Positions 40,626 to 53,217 of a stretch of 64,000 nt of DNA are shown here, in pieces. The DNA is taken from contig NC_043008.1 in assembly GCF_006345805.1 (NCBI RefSeq), positions 31,310,001-31,374,000 of the forward strand, written 5' to 3'. The first letter of the stretch is position 1. The number at the start of each line of letters is the position of its first letter. Below the pieces are notes generated by a model. The model did not search any database. It saw only the letters and a program-made list of their open reading frames with translations, and had not been told where the DNA came from. Source of the DNA: Octopus sinensis (lineage: Eukaryota). The position numbers and the translations under genes are program-made.

Positions 40626-41104
40626 AATAATGGTATGTTACTTACTCTCAGAGAGGCACACAATGGAGTGCTGTTCCCTTATCTGGGCCAGTGTTGCTGC
40701 TGTATACATGGATATATACTGAAGTACATCCAGAAAAAGGAGTGCTTGACTGATTTTTTATGACTAACATACTTCAGCTTTCCGATCTGAGGATGTGCAG
40801 TCTAAAGTGTTTATAGTATGCACTTAAGTATGTACTTTGTTTTTATAGGTGTGAGGACAAATGTAAGTTATCAAAGTGACACAGTCATGCTGTCAATTGA
40901 CACTATCAAAGATATATTGCTGTATCTACAGTAACCATGCAGCAAGTCAGTGAGGGAGCATCTATGTGGTTGCTTGATATGCTAGAAACAACAGCCAAAC
41001 ATTCGAAAACGTCTTACTGTTTCAAAGAAAAGGATATATTGACCAATGTAGTGTCATATATATATACATATACATATATATATATGTACATACATATATA
41101 TATG

Positions 41105-41136
<32 letters not shown>

Positions 41137-41175
41137 CATACATACATACATATATATACATATATACATACATAC

Positions 41176-41208
<33 letters not shown>

Positions 41209-41229
41209 ATATATATATATGGAATACAC

Positions 41230-41520
41230 CTAAAAAGTTCTTCCAAGGCACAAGCCCAGGCAAGATTGTTTGTGGAAGACCAACAGTCACCCAGGCATAC
41301 CAGCCTCTCCTCTCTTTGACACCGATGTTGTCCAAGGGAAAAGCACAAAGGCTAATGCAGCTTGGCACCTGTGACGTCGCAACTCATTTCTGCAGCTGAA
41401 TGAATTGAAGCAACAAGAAATAAAGTGTCTTGCTTAAGAACATAACACACAGCCTGGTCCTGATATCAAACTCACAACCTCATGATTGTGAGCCCAACAC
41501 TCTAACCTCTGAGACAAGCG
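41230..41520 (-). mobile_element. tRNA-headed CORE-like SINE, distinct tail
   Basis: Minus strand ..gtgagtttgatatc..ttcttaagcaagacactttatttc.. Confidence 0.65.
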
Positions 41521-41614
41521 AAAAAGCAACCAGAATGAAGAAAGCTTATCAAGTCATACCATAGCCATAAACAGTCATAGTCACGACAACTGACTGCAGA
41601 TATATATATATATA

Positions 41615-41984
41615 TTGTTGTTATTATGCAAAAATGTTGTAAGTCCAAAACATTGTTTTTTCTGAAAACGAGAAAATGGTTTCATCATTCCATTTCTTTT
41701 TACATTAGTAACAGTTTCAGCTTAATAATAATATTTTGTTGAGTGCATAAAATTGTAACTCCACGCATGTATATTTTCAGTCAGGAATATTTTTGCAGAA
41801 CTGTCATATGTGAGACTTATTAAACCATTGTACTACACTGACAATTTTCATATCTTGGCATCTGAAGCAGCTGGAGATATGATAGTTTGACCAAAAGAAC
41901 TGGCTATTGCAAGCAAAATTAATTATTGAAAAAAATGCATTTGGCCAAATTTGGGCACATAACAGTTTAACATAATAGCAACGA
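41615..41984. mobile_element. MITE with degenerate ~35-bp TIRs in a (TA)n site
   Basis: ttgttgttattatgcaaaaatgttgtaagtccaaa versus tttgggcacataacagtttaacataatagcaacga. Confidence 0.6.
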
Positions 41985-42599
41985 TATATATATATATCAT
42001 CAATAAGTCATAAATCCAAAAGAGAAGCACACTCTAAGTTATAAAGCAGTAGAGTATTTAGAAAAAGATTGTTATGGATTGTTCAAAGGGTTACCCAGGC
42101 TTTCACATCGATAAGGTGCTTAATTACACTCTCAGAGTGGTTGGCATTAGGAAGGGCATCAAGCCATAGAAAACCATGCCAAATGAGACTGGAGTCTGGT
42201 GCAGTCTTCCAGCTTACCAACCCAGGTCAAACCATCCAACCCATGCCAGTGTGGACAACGGACATTAAATGATGATACATATATATATATATATACACGC
42301 ATACTAAAGTAAGACAGTTGGAAAGTTCTTGATTATAGGTGTTGTCAATCAGCTAACATGGGGCTATACATCAAGTCTGCTGATATACAAATATCTAAAT
42401 ATAATGAACTTAAAATTATAAGGCTCTGAATTTGCACTGCCATTAGAACTTTGAATAAAAGCTGTGCAACATGTCTTTAAACTCTCTACACTCTGAGTTC
42501 AAACCCTGCTAAGGTCAACTTTTGACTTTACATTTCATCTTTCTGGAGTCATGAAGTTCCAGTCAAAGACTAGAGTCAGCCATCACCACTGACCTCCCT

Positions 42600-42605
<6 letters not shown>

Positions 42606-42657
<52 letters not shown>
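42606..42657. repeat. (CT)n microsatellite
   Basis: Seen directly. Confidence 0.95.
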
Positions 42658-42807
42658 GTATTGGTTATGTTGCACTATGGTAAAGCCATAGGAGGCAACT
42701 CACAGCTTCCTTTTCTCCAAAAATGACGATTAAACCCTTTCATTACCATATTTCTATTGAAATACATGGCCTTTGTTTCAATTGGTTTTGAAAATATTGA
42801 AAAATTT

Positions 42808-43022
42808 GTATCTTTTCAGTTGCTGTCACAAATTTCCTATTTTTCTTCTTTTCTGATGGGACTATAAGTTATCAAACTTTGAACACCTATAACATTTTTC
42901 TAAATGTTTCTGGGAGTAAATAAATTAGAATCAGCATGAAAAATTATATCAGGATTACAAATTTGAAAATTTTCACTTAATTTTAAAAATTTCCATATCT
43001 GTGACAGCAACTGAAAAGATTC
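42808..43022. mobile_element. MITE with ~22-bp TIR and 8-bp TSD (Merlin-like), nested in a piggyBac MITE
   Basis: TIR atcttttcagttgctgtcaca / tgtgacagcaactgaaaagat; TSD aaaaattt at 42800-42807 and 43023-43030. Confidence 0.75.
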
Positions 43023-43079
43023 AAAAATTTAGTGAAATATCTTTGTCATTATTAAATTCTTTCTTTTTCTTTTCTTTTT

Positions 43080-43272
43080 TTCTTTTATTGGTTTCAGTCA
43101 TTTGACTGTTGCCATGCTGGAGCACCGCCTTTAGTTGAGCAAATCGATCCCAGAGCTTATACTTTGAAAGCCTAGTACTTATTCTATCGGTCTCTTTTGC
43201 CGAACCACTAAGTTACAGGGACATAAACACACCAGCATTGGTTGTCAAGTAATGTTGGGGGGACAAACACAG

Positions 43273-43317
<45 letters not shown>

Positions 43318-43488
43318 CATATACAATGGGCTTCTTCCAGTTTCTGTCTATCAAATCCGCTCACAAGGCTTTGGTCAGCCCGAGGCTATAGTAGAAGACA
43401 CTTGCCCAAGGTGCCACACAGCAGGACTGAACCCATGACCATGAGGTTGGTAAGCAAGCTACTTACCACACAGCCACTCCTGCACCTA
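43080..43488 (-). mobile_element. SINE family 2, full length
   Basis: Reverse complement of the same consensus. Partial copies at ~5160-5500, 5535-5700, 9040-9210, 16575-16740, 25715-25880, 27365-27600, 28200-28345, 33410-33545, 35230-35372, 37945-38200. Confidence 0.9.
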
Positions 43489-44214
43489 TATTGGTGTTTG
43501 ATACATAAAGTAACATGAAGTTTCGATGGAAAGTTTTAATTTAGCTCACTTTAAAGCAAGAAGTTTGTATTATAGAACCAGGAGAGGTGTTGGGTGGTTT
43601 GGTGTCAGAAGAGTCCAGTGAGAAGCAAGCAACCTCTTCTTGTACTAAAGACTTATGTGCTACTGGAACTGTTCAAGAATGGACTAATGTGCAGTATAGC
43701 ATTTATATGGTAATTAAGAACAATAACAAGACTACTGTCTACTGGTTATAATGCATAATAATTGTGTTGTCATAATTTCAAATCTTACTACTACCACTAT
43801 TGTATTATATTGTAACAATTAAGTCATAAAAACGAGATTTATTTACATATTTGGTGAACTGTATTATCATTCATGTTCCTAATGGGCCAATAACTGGCTC
43901 ACTTCTTTTGTAACGGTGGCACAGGACTGTGTGTTGAAGTAAATAATATACAGACATACATGTATATATAACACAAATCTCTTTGAGAAGCTTCTCTTAG
44001 ACAAATCATTACAGCCATATTAGCACTGTTCTGACATTTCTATTTACATTATAAATGTTATAACATTAATATTTTAACCAAATGCTGTTTCAAGTGCATA
44101 TTTTAATTTAGTTCTAGGTTAGCTAGCTTTTGTACAAATCAGCAAATATTTTGTTTGCTGATTTTTGTAATGGAGCAAGCATTTTGGCTGAGATATTTAT
44201 TGCTGAAGAGACTA

Positions 44215-44830
44215 ATTATTATTATTATGGCTAGGTTCCAACCCAGGCCACAGCAACAGTCTACTTGCCACACTTCTTGGTCCCAAAATCACTGTCTCGA
44301 GGTCCTGGATACATTCCAGGCCAGTGTCTGCAATCAAGTTGTTGATGTAAGTTTGATGACTTTTTTCCCCCCTTCTTACATCACCATAAAGTGAATTCCA
44401 CAAGACTAATTTAGATGCTTCCAGTTCAGGGTGGCACTTGCAGTGACCAGATAGTTGCACCCATCTTTGCCTGTTTGCATTAAGCAGTTCCAAACTAAAT
44501 GTAGCTATTGACTTCATGTACTAAGGTGGTTGGGTAAACAATTCAGAAGCAGACATCAAATTCAGGAAGGCACAAGCACAGGCAGCCTATCACAAACTAA
44601 AGAAGTTCTGGAACTCCAAATTGCCCATGCAAATGAAAATTAAGCTGTTCAAGTCAGTGCTATTTATGGCAATGAAACATGAATACTGACAAAGAAATCA
44701 TCAAATGGGCTAAATGGATGCTACAAATAGCCCTAAATGTGAAATGGCAGCAACTTATGACAAATTAATGCTTTTATAGAGACCTGCCAAAAGTTAGCAA
44801 CAAAAAACCAGATCAAGTTGAAACACTGTG
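44215..44830. mobile_element. Short decayed RTE-type LINE with inverted 5' part
   Basis: Minus strand ~44215-44476: RQRWVQLSGHC..HPEL.ASKLVLW..TYINNL.ADTGL plus (AAT)n tail. Plus strand ~44478-44810: DFMY*GGW..HKLKKFWNS..YGNET..DLPKVS. Confidence 0.8.
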
Positions 44831-45058
44831 TCTGACAATCCCCTAACATTCTAAGCATTTGTTTGAGAAGTTTCTCTGAGACAAATTATCACAGCTAGTC
44901 CCATTCCACATTTGTATATTTATGTTATGCACATTGGTATTTTAATCTAATGCTGTTTGAAATGCACGTGTGTGTTTGTATGCAGCAGGGCACCATGCAC
45001 ACTTTTTTTTTTCCAACTGTTCAAGAGGAGTACTAGCAGCATTGGTCTTGTTACAATG

Positions 45059-45268
45059 AGCTGGCAGAATCGTTAGCATGCCGGGTGAAATGTTTAGCGG
45101 TATTTTGTCTGCCGCTACGTTCTGAGTTCAAATTCTGCCACGGTCGACTTTGCCTTTCATCCTATCGGGGTCAAGAAATTAAGTACCAGTTACGCACTGG
45201 GGTCGATATAATCAACATAATCCGTTTGTCCTCTCTGTGTTTAGCCCCTTGTGGGTAGTAAAGAAATA
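45059..45268 (+). mobile_element. SINE family 1 with 15-bp TSD
   Basis: TSD ggtcttRttacaatg at 45044-45058 and 45269-45283. Confidence 0.9.
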
Positions 45269-47180
45269 GGTCTTATTACAATGCTTCTAATCGAAGCTAC
45301 TAATGTTCACTCTACCAAAGTATGTATCATTAGATGGCCAAAATAGAATTGTCTTCTTTCACTTATATACTGAATCTCACAACCATATAATTTCATGAGA
45401 ATTAATTTGTTACCTCTTTTGTAAGAGGAAGAAGGGCAGTGCTCATATACCATTCCAGGTCTTTTAAGATTACAAGGAAGGGAGTAAGTTAATCCCCAGA
45501 TGACTGTTAAAAGCACCAAACAGCCAAGTGATTATGATAAATCAGGTAACAGATTAAGTCAACTTTCCTAGAGTAAGAACAGTTACCTTGAGACAAGCTT
45601 CCACCCTGTTTCAGTCTCTCATGTTACACCTGAAAATCTTTGAATTGTAATGTAAGACTTTATTCTCTTATTCTTTCACTTGTTTCAGTCATATGACTGT
45701 GGCCATGCTGGAGTACTGCCTTTAACAAATTAATTCATAATGACTCCGGAACAGTCTGAAAATTATAGGATGCAAAGTATCTATTTCAAATGTAAATACT
45801 CTCCATATATAATTAGCTTTTCACAGGGCAGCTGATTGGCAGAATAGTTAATGCATTAGGTAAAATGCTTTAAGGAATTTGTCCCAGTTCATTCCATTCA
45901 AAGTTCAAACCCCACTAGCATCACTTTTTACCTTTCATATTTCCAGGGTTCATAAAATAAAGCACAAGTCAAGCACTCGGGTCAATATGCTCATGTATTT
46001 CCTTCCTCGACAATAATGTTTGGCCTTGAATTAATGTTAGAAAACATTATTTCTTTCCAAATTATATAACCATCCTTTTATGACTTTTACATCCACATTG
46101 AGTTTTTGAAATTTTTTTATTGTTCTTTAATTGTAATTATTTGTAATAGAATGAAAATTAAACTTCATGCATCAGTGGGTTAATTAGACTTTGTAAATTT
46201 CAATTTAAGACAGAGAAACATGCTCACTGAGATGGAAACAAACCATAAATTCATTGCATGCTTGTTGATCATGTTGCCAACTACATTTCTAAGCACATGC
46301 TATTCACCTTCAAATAAATTATATTAATTCAAAGGGATTGAATAGCAGGTGTTTATGTAGTGCAATCAGTAACTACAGCCCCCTAAAAAACAAATTTTGT
46401 GGCTCAGGAGATCCTCATTGATCTTGTTTGTTTCTTATGTCTCACATCACTAATTTAACAAATTCTGGAGTAATGGAAAACTACAATAATTAATATAGTG
46501 TTATCATATTGATTCTGTTTGAGGCTTATGTTAAAAGGGTCACAAGTCTCTGGAATACTCAGCCACTTATAATTGTTCAATAAGCCAATAAGGAAGTGTC
46601 TACTGAGCTAAAAGAAGAACCACTACTATACTAACAGGAGAGTATCTACTGAGCCAACAGAGGAACATATACTGAGCTAAAAGGACAACCTTAGCTTAAC
46701 AAATTAGCATTTAAACTGATCACATCCAGTCAAAGTATTCTGCATCTCACACCTATCCTACAATGTTATTGTAAAAATAAACAATCACATCATCGAAATC
46801 TTGAAGCCACAAGATAATACATGATTAATTCAAAGCAATGTATATGAAAAAGCATTACATTTGACAGAATGCTGAAGGGCTAAACAATAAGGGAGTATCT
46901 ACTGAGTAAGCAAAAGTGTATATACTGAGCCAACAGGTGAGCATCTACTAAACCAAGGAAATCCCAGCATCATGGATGTCAAATATGGATTCATAAGCTT
47001 CTTTTTTTCATAGGTTGATATAATTTTAAAACTATTCTGCAAAATATAGAAATATTGCTAGCATGCATCCAGAATCAGAGTCCAACCAAAGTGATGATTA
47101 ACACCAGTTCTGATTGGTCGAATCAGTGCCTATTACGGAATCTTTTTGTGGTATCAACCAATGATAAAGAAGCTGATAAA

Positions 47181-48981
47181 TCTATATATTAAAGGATGCG
47201 ACCTCTTTCTCCTTCAGTTTGCCTATACGTGTAGAAACAACAGTTTGTTTATTGCAACTTTTTTTTCAAATTTACATATATGTTTATCCAGATGCATTTG
47301 AGTCATGTAAATGATATTCATAGGTTTTGCAACTGAAATGGTGCAAGCTTTCTATCAAGTATGATCTTCTCAAGAACCGTATGCATTCAATTGATTCAAT
47401 TAAGCAATTTCTATTGCTGTTTTTATTTTAAAGACTTTAATTTAATAGAACAATATATATATATATATATAAATACATGCAAACTGTTTTTGTTATATGG
47501 TGCCAAGTTTTACAATTTTGTAAATTTTACTATATCTATGTCCATCTGTCTGTTCCCTCTTCACAGTCAAATGGCTGCACCAATGGTCATGATGTTTTCC
47601 AGGGTTATGAAGGAGGTAATCAGGAAGGTTTTTAGTGAAAAAAATGTGAAAAAGTATGATTATTTAGTGGATATTGAGTTTTGTATTAATAAATAACCTG
47701 ATTTTTTTTCTTTGATAAATTTCCGGCAACGAGGATTAACTCTGGATTTTCCCACCCCTGTATAGTTCATGAATGTAGAAGGTTCAGATGTGCAATACTA
47801 TCCCTTTATTTCCCATCATAGATGGGCAGATTTGCTATCTTACTATAATGGGTGTTATGTCTATTTGTCCCTCTCTTTGTCTGTTCCCTCTTCACGGCCA
47901 GACAGCTGAACCAGTGGTTATGATATTTTACAGTATTACAAAGATGGTCGTTAGGGAGGCTTTTGGCATTAAGAAACCAGAAATTATGATTATTTTGTGG
48001 ATATTGATTTTTGAATTGATAAACCACCTTCACATTTTTATTAAAAATTCACCAACTGCGAGTATCTCTGGATTTTTGTTGTATAGTTCGTGACCCCATT
48101 GTAGATATGAAAGGAGTTGCAGGGACGGTTAAAAGAGAAAATAAAATGGAAAAAGTGTATGCCAGTATATAGTGTGTGTGATTATTTAGTCGTTATTGAA
48201 GTGTCAGTCTCAAGCAGGGTTCGAAATGGCTAATCGAAGTAGCTGTTGTTTACATCTCAGTTTTGTCAATCAAAATAACCCAACGTACCAAAACATCCAG
48301 ACATTATTCACATAGAACAGTGAGAGGTAAGTCTTAGTTTGATTTTTTGCAAGCCTAAAGATTCTGCTCACGTATTCACAGCAACCAAGGCACAGGGCCA
48401 GACTTTAGATCATGTAGGTGTACTTTTACCTAATCTGATAATTACAAACAGCCAGTTATATGTCGCTATGAGTACAGCAACGGACTCTAGTAATTTAGAA
48501 CTTAGTGTCAACCAAGCAAAAAATATCGTCTACAAAGAAGTTTTGTAATCATATTAATATTATGGAAAGGAATATGATTCATAATTTAAATAAGGAAATG
48601 TGTGAACTTTGAATGTATAAGAGTATAAACAAGCCTAAAATAGTGTAAACAACTAAAATGAAAATATATCTAAATAACATTTTTTCTTAATACTTTTTAT
48701 GTAGTGGTCAAAAGAAGCTCTCATTTATTAGAAGTGGTCCACATAACCATTCATGATACAGAGGCTGGGAGTTCAGGAGTGAATCGTCATCACCTGTCAC
48801 TTAGTCGCAAACACACGTCATATAGCTGCAACAAAATGCTGTATCACCAACAAGAATGTGATTTCTCTAAGACATCACCCAGTAATCTATCAAGTCCATT
48901 TGCACATTTCTCAATACATACTGCTGTTATGACTTCCCTCCCTCATTTTATGCCTCCATCGTAGATGGGTAGATTTGCTGG
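47181..48981 (+). mobile_element. Helitron relic/composite with PIF1-helicase C-terminal fragment
   Basis: A|TCTATATATTAAA start at 47181 and CTGG|T end at 48981. ORF 48339-48548 TKAQGQTLDHVGVLLP..SQLYVAMS..KNIVYKEVL* matches the RepHel helicase end. Internal duplicated blocks at ~47530-47780 and ~47860-48095. Confidence 0.75.
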
Positions 48982-49083
48982 TAATAATAGTGGTATTTAT
49001 ATAAGCTTAAAGCTTATATATATATATATGGCGGTGCCCCAGCATGGCCACAGCTCGTGAGCTGAAACTAGATAAAATGAAAA

Positions 49084-49220
<137 letters not shown>

Positions 49221-49304
49221 CATCATCATCATCATCATCATCGTTTAGCGTCCGCTTTCCATGCTTTCCATGGTGTTTTTTACGTGCCACCTGCACAGGT
49301 GCCA

Positions 49305-49342
<38 letters not shown>

Positions 49343-50533
49343 CATACATATATACATGCATATCATTATTTATACATACATGCATTTATCATGCATTTAT
49401 ACATATGTATGTATATGTGTGTGTGTGTATCTATGTCGATGTGTTTTCCTATACATCTCTGCAGAGAATTTTTCCAACACCTCATATTCTTCCCTTTCTT
49501 TATGAATAACAACAATAATGCTTATTATCAAGAAAGTTGTTTTAATATTTATTGACTCTTTTTATCCATTTACTTTGGACTACATTACAAACTGAGCTTT
49601 AAAAAATAATTGTCCCTATCCAGTCTGAAGGATCCAGTGAATGCTTCAATACAAATGAATTTAATATGTGGTCACTCTAACTGCTAGCAATATCAATCAA
49701 ACACCCTCAAATTACACACCTACAATCTTAGAAGCAAAGGACATATTAGATAACTGTTTCATGGGTGCACTATGTTTTGGAAAGGAATAGGGTGGCCATT
49801 GCTGGAATGTTTTTAACCATAATTCTGCTTGATCAAATCTGACCAAGGGCTATACAACAACAACATTATTGTACCATGATGTTTCTTTGTGTTATCAGAT
49901 ATAATTTTATAAGGATTTATTATTATTGTTGTTTTACTTGCACTCACATGACATTGCATATGAAGATTTTATGAGCAGACGAATCAGATTTTAACTTATT
50001 GTGACTATGTTAATGATAAACGGTTCTCACAGACCAGTAAAGAAATGGAAATAGAAAAAGACGGAGAGAAAATTTTGTTAAACAAAAGTTAAAAATAGCG
50101 AAGGTGTTATCAATGAAACATGAATACGAAATGAATTTCCACCAATTGCTTGATCATTTGGCAAAGTGGCACATAAATCAATAGAAATACTGATTCCTGT
50201 GATAATTACACAGGACCAGAAATTTGTGGGGAGAGAGAGTTGATCGATTAAATCAGAACCCTACTGAAAAACTTTACTGATACTTATTTATTTGACCCCA
50301 GGAAAAATGAAAGGCAAAGTTGACCTTAGCCAGGTTTGAAATCAAAATGTAAATGGAGTGTAACAAAATCAATGTAAATGTAATATTCTACAGATCAAAG
50401 CTTTTGCATGAAGGAACTTTTAGCAAATGGTTTCATATTACTGCAATGAAAGCATGTGTTGATTATACAAAAGTGTTGGCAAACCTCTGATTAGTGGGTT
50501 TTTCTGTGTCATACAATGGACTTTGAAAAAAAC

Positions 50534-51093
50534 AGCAGAATTCTGGTTTAAGCACCCCAGATAACACCTCATAACTTTTTTATCTTTTTGAACTTTGAGA
50601 AAATATTTTGTGAATTTGTTTTCTACAAACAGATATTCATACAATTATGCAAAACAATTTTTTTTTTAATTTTTTAATACCCCACTCTCCTAAATCCTAA
50701 AAGATCCATGCTTTTTTTGAAATTTTTAAAAAAATCAGTGTTTAAAATACAGACAGTCTGAATTTTCTTGCTTTAAATCCCAGTAAAGGGCCACCTTTGG
50801 GTGTATCATCATTCCATTAAATGGGTTTATAGGGAGAAAAATACTGTGAAACATCAATACATGCCAGAGTGACAAAAAAAATACAAGGAAAGTATCAGGT
50901 GGTCGTGAGATGTACTAAAAATAACTGCTAAATCACCCTTAAATTGCACACAAAGAAATTATTCTTTCTTTTTTTTTCTTAATCATTTGAATTCCCATAT
51001 GTAGAACATAGATTCAGGAAAATTTTCTGAAAACTTCAAAAAAATAGGAAAGTTATGCGACATTATATGGGTTGCTTAAACCAGAATTCCACC
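50534..51093. mobile_element. MITE with ~70-bp TIRs (possibly Mutator-like)
   Basis: gaattctggtttaagcacccca..cataacttt versus aaagttatg..tgggttgcttaaaccagaattc; possible imperfect 9-bp TSD. Confidence 0.6.
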
Positions 51094-52397
51094 AAAAGAA
51101 ACTTCAGCAATATCTTATAAAAATTTTATCTAAGCATTCACATAAAACTATAATACATTTATACACATAGCACACAATAGCTGGATTAATAAAGAAATTA
51201 AGAAATCAAAATTAATTCTACTAATGAGGAGTATTGCATGTATATGCATTTCAGTATTGACTGACCTTCCCAATCTATGTCAAGAAAATATTTTATCTTC
51301 AGGACATATACATAGCTATTGATATTCAGGGGTACTTTTTGGTTATAGGGATTGGGACACTTGTATCCATCATATATATACTTTGATATCTCCCATTTAA
51401 ATTGAACCAACAGAGTGGATCAATAGCTTTATTTCTTTCAGAGTCAAATATAGAAATAGTCACAATTGTTGTAATAGAGTCTTTGGAAGTAAACTTAATC
51501 TCTCTCACTCAGTTTAAAACCACTACTTGGCACTTGGGTGTTTCTGAGGGAGTCTGCTCTGTTGTAAGCATTTGGGTCATATCTCCAGTCTAACTATAAA
51601 AGTTGTGCTGCTTCCTACTAGGAGTTGTGGTTTCTTTCTTCCCTCCCTTGACCAGTTTCAGAAGGCCTAGAAAAGGCTTCCTCTTGTACAGCCAACCATC
51701 ACTTACAAGTAAGTACGCATCACATATTTGCTCATTGTTTAGGTCTCCATGTAATCACAAGCAAAACTTACTTCCTTCAGTGATACATAAGCATTTTTTT
51801 CATTCTTTTTTTTACATATCTTATCAATTAATTTTGCTTTTTATTCTTTTAGGGTTGATAAAATAAGTAGCAGAAAAGTTTCTACTATACACCTTCCACA
51901 CAGCAGGCCATCAGTAATTCACTCAACTTTTGGGGTTGTTTTTTATTATTTGCTTTTTCTTTTTTTGTTTTTTTTTTAAGGATGTTCCACTCCTGCTCCA
52001 AAGTTGAGTGATTAGCAGCCAAAAGGGGAAATGGTTGTAAAAGCCATAACTCCAGTAGAAACCAAAACGAACACTTCCAGGAATGCAGAAATGGATGTAA
52101 AATAGTTTTAAACAAATATTGAAATTAAATAAGAAAAATATCAAATTTGATCTCATAATTCTTAAGAAAATGGTTTCATATTTTATTCATTCAGCCACAT
52201 ATCAGCATATATTCATATTTACATGCAAAAATATCCAAATTGTCATTTTATGTTCATATGTTTTTTCCTTGATAGTGAGGGATTTGACAAGTCCCACTGT
52301 ATCTTGTCGAGGTCCTCATTACTTTGCACACAGTAACCTGAGAGGATTGGCTAACCTTGTTGTGTGTGTCTTACAGTATGACTGAATGCATTTTATG

Positions 52398-52635
52398 TGG
52401 AGGCACATGGCCCAGTAGTTAGTGTTGCACTCATGATCATAAGATTGAGGTTTCAATTTCTGGATAGGGCAATGCATTGTTCTAAAGCAAAACACTTCAT
52501 TTCCCCATTGCTCCAGTCCACTCAGGAGAAATGAGTAATCCTGCAATGGAGTGGTAACCCATCAAGCATGGAAATGTAGACACCACAGAATCCAGGAAAC
52601 TGGCCTTATGAACCTATGGTTTGGGGAGGACTTTT
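52398..52635 (+). mobile_element. tRNA-headed SINE, distinct tail
   Basis: ggaggcacatggcccagtagttag..ggtttcaattt..gcaaaacacttcat..cctgcaatggagtgg. Confidence 0.65.
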
Positions 52636-52796
52636 GATCCTTGACCCTTGACCCTCCTAGTAACCTGTGATGCAGCTGAAGGAGATTTTGAAATATATTT
52701 ACATCATAATTATCATACAGTTCTATATTTAAGAGATGAGGAATTATGTACATTATTTACAATTAACAGATATTTGTTCTCATCTTGTTTGTTGTT

Positions 52797-52842
52797 AACA
52801 CAACGTTTCAGCTGATATACCCTCCAGCCTTCATCAGATGTC
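52797..52842 (-). ncRNA. Minimal type I hammerhead ribozyme (Penelope-like)
   Basis: GACAU CUGAUGA A GGCUG-GAGGGUAUAU-CAGCU GAAAC GUU GUGUU: intact core, stem I, stem II and palindromic ACGU stem III. Confidence 0.8.
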
Positions 52843-53071
52843 TTGGGGAAATTTCAAACCTAGATTCTCATTCCTAAGGTATTTTTCAATGTTGTTGTTG
52901 TTATTATTATTATTATTATCATCATTATTATTCAGGTCACTGCCTGGAATCGAACTTGGAATCTTGGAGTTAGTAGCCTGTGATCTTAACAACTATGCCA
53001 CGGCATATGATATAGAGGTTTAGAGCGCGAGCTACTAACCCCAAGATTCCAAGTTCAATTCCAAGCTGTGA

Positions 53072-53109
<38 letters not shown>

Positions 53110-53171
53110 TTAATAATAATAATATCGAAAAATACCTTAGGAATGAGAACCTAGGTTTGAAATTTCCTCAA

Positions 53172-53217
53172 GACACCCGATGAAGGCTGGAGGGTATACC
53201 AGCTGAAACGTTGTGTT
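53172..53217 (+). ncRNA. Minimal hammerhead ribozyme copy with U4C core change
   Basis: GACAC CCGAUGA A GGCUGG-AGGGUAUA-CCAGCU GAAAC GUU GUGUU. Confidence 0.7.

Noticed and set aside
51198-51780. Complex sequence with short ORFs, possibly an exon or LINE ORF1 relic
   Set aside because: No recognisable motif or consistent reading frame.
52933-53075. Genuine tRNA genes
   Set aside because: A/B boxes are present but there is no proper acceptor stem or cloverleaf; these are SINE heads. The same holds for the other tRNA-like heads in the window.
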